NCBI RefSeq assembly: GCF_036365525.1
Contig: NC_090379.1
Location: forward strand, 92,489,206-92,553,205
Reading direction: 5' to 3'
Length of the DNA: 64,000 bases
Source: Heterodontus francisci
Taxonomy: Eukaryota
The position numbers and the translations under genes were made by a program. The notes under the pieces are model-generated. The model was not told where the DNA came from. It saw only the letters and a program-made list of their open reading frames with translations, and did no database searches. Shown in pieces: positions 62,524 through 64,000 of the stretch (position 1 is its first letter; the number at the start of each line of letters is the position of its first letter).

Positions 62524-64000
62524 GAGTTCCAGATTTATCAGTATGTATGTCATAATAGGCAGTTTATTCCACAACAGTCTTCCTATCTCTACATCAATTT
62601 GTTTTAATCTTTCTGTAGTTCAGCATGCATCATACAGTACAACAACGTAATAATTCTGACTATGTTTGTGGGTGTTCCCAGTGCGTGAGTAAAACCTCTT
62701 CTCAAAGATTTTGACTTAAATGTTCTTGTAATGCCTATGAAATCAACTGATTGATCTTTTGCTCTCTTTCCTATACCACAAAGTAAATAGGGAAGAATTA
62801 TTGCAGGAGATCTGCCCGTTTAGCATATTCGTAATGCCCTGATAGATCTGTATGTAAGCCTCTCCATTGGGCTACCCCATTAGTTTATTCTCCTGTTCAC
62901 AAAAGTTCCAGTTTCTGTTGTGTGCACTGGAAAAAGCAGTGAAATTTAGCATTCGGGCTGCAATGTCTAATTATTTAATCTGTAGCTGATCTCAAAAGTT
63001 TCTTCTCTGTTTTGAGAAATGCTGTTTGAGGTGCCAAGCTTGACACTTGTATTTTGCGTCATTATTAATATTTCCACAAGGAGGTACACAGTATTTTTAG
63101 TGAGCCTTCTTGGAGATATGACATCTGTTTGGTGCCTTCTACCTCCTGGAGAATTGTACATTGCTGCTTTGTGAAGATTCAGGTGAATGCGTCTCATGCA
63201 ATGGAGAAATGAACTTGAAAGAGTGAACATCAGTAAGAAGCTCTGTATTTATCGCCAGGGAAGGCTGGAAGGCTATACGGAATCTTCGACTCGGCGAAAG
63301 AAGTACTTCCTCAAACCTAACAAATTTCTGGAGCGAAGGACCAGATGGTGGTGGAGGAAGCTTTGTCTATGTGGGAATGATCCACGGTGGTGTCGACGAT
63401 CAGGATCTGATTGAGGCAGGAAGTTAGGGGCCTTTTTTAAAATCTTTAAATGTAAAAGAACATCAGGAACTGTGCAGATACCTAAAACTTAAAGGCCCCA
63501 AAATTTGGCTCCTTAGTGCCTGTTTCTTCAGCATTACGAGTGCTATTCTGGCTCCAAAATCATCTGTGGTGTAAGCATCACGCTTCTGGTGCCAGTCACA
63601 CCGGACATCGTTTCGAAGAGGACATGCACACAGGGAGCTCTGTCAGAAGTATGCAGAGTAGGAAGATTGTGACATCAATATTTTACGGCAGCATTGCCAT
63701 TTTGGAGCTCGCACACAGTTAAGCGTGCTTTCAGCAGCAAGGAGCACCTCCCACCTGCGCTATTTTAAAGGTATCATCAACTACTTTCAGGTTAGTTGCT
63801 GATTGATTTCTGCTAGCTGTTGATGCAATTGTAGCAGAGTTGGTAGTTTCTAGAATTGTTTAAAGTTACTAAAGCTTACAAGGAATGATGTGGCACATGC
63901 TGAAAAACTTGTCCTGACTTCAAGGAATCTACATATGCCACTTGCTCCAAAACATGAGTGCAGGGGAGGGAGGGAGTTCATGACAGGGAAAATGAGCAAA

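Noticed and set aside
62172-64000. Final DCAF5 exon
   Set aside because: The expected continuation (IWSPY-like) was not found; it presumably lies beyond the window.

Overview
Eukaryotic genomic DNA, almost certainly from a cartilaginous fish (shark-type HE1/V-SINEs, DeuSINEs and CR1 LINEs). The window lies inside one + strand gene, DCAF5/WDR22 (a WD40 substrate receptor of CRL4). Six GT-AG exons at 1652-1688, 3123-3259, 6167-6296, 23015-23228, 53988-54054 and 62044-62171 splice into one open 713-nt frame, likely exons 3-8; the first and last exons lie outside the window. The introns (up to about 30.8 kb) are filled with decayed and nested transposons: CR1, L2 and RTE LINEs, a second LINE family with a tRNA-like head, SINEs, a Gmr1-type Gypsy relic, a hAT transposase relic and MITEs. 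The most unusual signal is two separate families of short, Penelope-like, often palindromic elements that carry minimal type-I hammerhead ribozyme motifs; most copies of one family are bounded by target-site duplications. Also notable are a CpG-rich intronic island with CTCF/NRF1/CRE motifs and an inverted SINE pair. No prokaryotic systems (operons, CRISPR) are present. Family names come from recognition by eye, not from database searches.
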